Source of the DNA: an uncultured Bacteroidales bacterium
GTDB lineage: Bacteria; Bacteroidota; Bacteroidia; Bacteroidales; FEN-979
Length of the DNA: 64,000 nt
Direction of reading: 5' to 3'
Assembly: GCA_903887775.1 (NCBI GenBank)
Contig: CAISRB010000011.1
Coordinates: forward strand, 259,664 to 323,663
Made by a program: the position numbers and the translations under genes. Under the pieces are notes generated by a model. That model was not told the origin of the DNA, did no database searches, and saw nothing but the letters and a program-made list of their open reading frames with translations. This document shows positions 62,082 to 64,000 of the stretch, one piece after another; within the stretch, counting starts at the first letter, position 1; every line of letters starts with the position of its first letter.

Positions 62082-62642
62082 CTAAAACCTTGACCTGTCA
62101 AGTACGGGAAACCTCATCTGCATCAGATAAAAGGCTCCGTATAATACGGCGCTGAAAAACGTTGTTCCGAGGAGGTCATTCACCAGGAATGAGAAGCCAT
62201 TTGATGTATCCCTGAAAAATGCCAGGCCTGCGGTGTAACATTCAAGAAGGCCCATTAAATTTTTAGGATATAAGCTCATGGCAAGCCATGAAGAGAAGTT
62301 TGTGATCAGGAAAAAGATCAGAGCTGAAGAAATAGAAGCCATGAATACTGATCCAACTGAAACTTTCTTCCGGATAGCCATACCCAGAACAACCGTAATG
62401 GCAAAACTAAGATAGACGGCAGGCATATTTGCGTGCAAACCTATAATGAGGTCGCTTATGAACATCGCGGCGACCGGAATGGCGAAAGCATATTGCTTTC
62501 TGTCGAAATAGGTACCTGCAAATAAAGCCATAGCTGCGATCGGTGTGAAGTTTGGCCAATGCGGCAGCAACCTTAACATGGCTGCAGTAAGAATTACTGA
62601 AAAAACAACAATAAACCTAGGTGTAATAGATTTATATAGCAT
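62082..62642 (-). CDS. DUF6580-like polytopic membrane protein (putative transporter component)
   Basis: 186 aa from MLYKSITPRF. RLLPHWPNFTPIAAMALFAGTYF is the signature I associate with DUF6580. The track start at 62741 adds an unlikely N-terminus. Confidence 0.5.
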   Translation of the reverse strand: MLYKSITPRFIVVFSVILTAAMLRLLPHWPNFTPIAAMALFAGTYFDRKQYAFAIPVAAMFISDLIIGLHANMPAVYLSFAITVVLGMAIRKKVSVGSVFMASISSALIFFLITNFSSWLAMSLYPKNLMGLLECYTAGLAFFRDTSNGFSFLVNDLLGTTFFSAVLYGAFYLMQMRFPVLDRSRF

Positions 62643-62758
62643 TAATATATCGGGTTTATAATAATACAAAAATATGAAATCCTTTGTATATAAGTCAAGT
62701 TTTGGAAAAAAATCTTTTCTACTTTTGAAAAGCTCAATCAAATTCAGACCTTTGGCCT

Positions 62759-64000
62759 ATGAAGAAAAAGTTATTAACACTGATTGTACCTCTCTTTTTT
62801 GTGTTTTATTCCTGCAGCCTTATGAAAACAAAAACCGACTTTGTCCTTTATAATGCAAGGATCTACACCCTTGATTCTGTGCTTACAGTCACAGAGGCAA
62901 TGGCGGTGAAAAACGGGAAGGTACTTGCAACAGGTACATCGAAGGAAATCCTTGCGAAGTACAAGCCTGGCAGGTTGCTGGATGCAGGGGGAAAGCCTGT
63001 TTATCCCGGATTCATTGATGCCCATTGCCATTTTTACAGCTATGCCTTAAGTTTCAGGCATATTGTTTTGAATGGATGCAGATCTTTTGATGAAGTCTTG
63101 AGTCGTATTAAAAGATCGGGGGAATATAAAACCGGAGACTGGATAGTGGGGCAGGGATGGGATCATAATCTCTGGAAAGAAAAAGTTTTTCCGGACTGTA
63201 AAGCCCTGGATGATCTTTATCCGGATAATCCTGTTGTTCTGTCACGGATTGACGGCCACGTTGTTCTTGCAAACAGCAAAGCTCTCCGGATTGCGGGAAT
63301 CGGTGTTCATCATGCGTTTAATCCCGCGGAGGTTGAAATAAAAAACGGCAGGCTTACCGGGATACTGAGTGAAATTGCTGCTGATCACATGAAGCAGGCG
63401 GTTCCGAAGCCTGGCCCCGGGGAACTTGGAAAACTCATCAGCAGGGCCAGGGAAGACTGTTTTTCGGTTGGGTTAACCACGGTCAGTGATGCAGGTCTTG
63501 ATTTGGCAACGGTTGGCGTGTTTGACAGCCTGTGTTCCGGTAAAGACTCAGCATCAATGATAAGGATTTATGCGATGCTTGAACCCAGCAGTGAAAATAT
63601 CATCAAATACGTCAGTAAGGGACCTTACCACACTCCCCGTTTGCTTATAAGTTCTGTGAAAGTCTATTCCGACGGCAGCCTCGGAAGCCGAACCGCTCTT
63701 TTAAAACAACCTTACCAAGATATGCCCGGACAGCAGGGCATCCGGGTGATATCGGCTGATTCGCTTCGGGAAATATGCAAGTTGTGCTTTGATCACGGCT
63801 ACCAGGTCAACACCCATGCCATCGGGGACTCTGCCAATAAATTCGTTCTCGATATTTATGGTGAATATCTCAAAGGGGAAAATGACCGGAGGTGGAGGAT
63901 TGAGCATTGCCAGGTTGTGGATCCTTCGGATCTGGGCAAGTTCAAAAAGTTTTCCGTTATTCCTTCGGTACAGGCTACGCATGCCACGTCAGACATGGGA
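62759..64000 (+). CDS. Amidohydrolase family lipoprotein (YtcJ / Amidohydro_3-like), 3' end cut by window edge
   Basis: Absent from the ORF track (no stop in the window). My translation: MKKKLLTLIVPLFFVFYSCS...VYPGFIDAHCHF...VKVYSDGSLGSRTA...NTHAIGD...RIEHCQ..., open to position 64000 in frame. Confidence 0.8.
   Translation, partial: MKKKLLTLIVPLFFVFYSCSLMKTKTDFVLYNARIYTLDSVLTVTEAMAVKNGKVLATGTSKEILAKYKPGRLLDAGGKPVYPGFIDAHCHFYSYALSFRHIVLNGCRSFDEVLSRIKRSGEYKTGDWIVGQGWDHNLWKEKVFPDCKALDDLYPDNPVVLSRIDGHVVLANSKALRIAGIGVHHAFNPAEVEIKNGRLTGILSEIAADHMKQAVPKPGPGELGKLISRAREDCFSVGLTTVSDAGLDLATVGVFDSLCSGKDSASMIRIYAMLEPSSENIIKYVSKGPYHTPRLLISSVKVYSDGSLGSRTALLKQPYQDMPGQQGIRVISADSLREICKLCFDHGYQVNTHAIGDSANKFVLDIYGEYLKGENDRRWRIEHCQVVDPSDLGKFKKFSVIPSVQATHATSDMG

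Noticed and set aside
1-64000. Search for rRNA, tRNA, tmRNA, CRISPR, transposases, integrases, restriction-modification or toxin-antitoxin genes
   Set aside because: I found no cloverleaf-like or rRNA-like sequence in the spacers I read. None of the translated ORFs shows the hallmark motifs of these families. Small ncRNAs cannot be excluded without covariance-model scans.

Overview
The window looks like a chromosomal segment of a Bacteroidota-type genome. Evidence: T9SS type A and type B C-terminal sorting domains, a PorP/SprF gene, and many TAnnTTTG -7 promoter boxes just upstream of start codons.

Layout:
- 1-20.7 kb, housekeeping and envelope genes: an L,D-transpeptidase cut by the window edge, pyrI-pyrB, a COG2403 P-loop protein, argS, ffh-folD-queE, a TPR/OmpA protein, thrS-infC-rpmI-rplT, and a thioredoxin-like / YdcF / DUF4301 string.
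- 20.7-33 kb: a T9SS-secreted S8 protease, an HTH protein, ndk, a DHH phosphoesterase, two FKBP lipoproteins, and a T9SS cargo operon (type B CTD protein, PorP/SprF, 1165-aa type A CTD protein).
- 33.0-55.0 kb: one tightly packed minus-strand exopolysaccharide locus, the most unusual part of the window. It opens with a stand-alone receiver. Next come a priming sugar transferase fused to a receiver-like domain (Glu at the acceptor position), a half-length TolC-like protein where Wza normally sits, and a chain-length/BY-kinase-like protein carrying a LysM domain. These are followed by Wzx, a Wzy-like protein, a small unlisted membrane ORF, eight glycosyltransferase genes (two tandem paralog pairs), a beta-helix protein and a methyltransferase. 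It closes with two hybrid histidine kinases, one of which has Ser instead of the phospho-accepting His.
- 55-64 kb: uvrB, an EEP-family protein, two rhomboids, mutL, a DUF6580 protein and an amidohydrolase cut by the window edge.

Non-coding structure seen: a perfect 67-bp tandem duplication with internal hairpins upstream of the S8 protease, a three-copy GC-rich structured repeat family of about 70 nt, four heptanucleotide tandem arrays in front of housekeeping genes, and an infC gene that must start at a non-canonical codon behind an AGGAGG.

I recognised no rRNA, tRNA, CRISPR array, transposase, integrase or obvious defence genes. All calls rest on reading the translations and the sequence; no database search was run.
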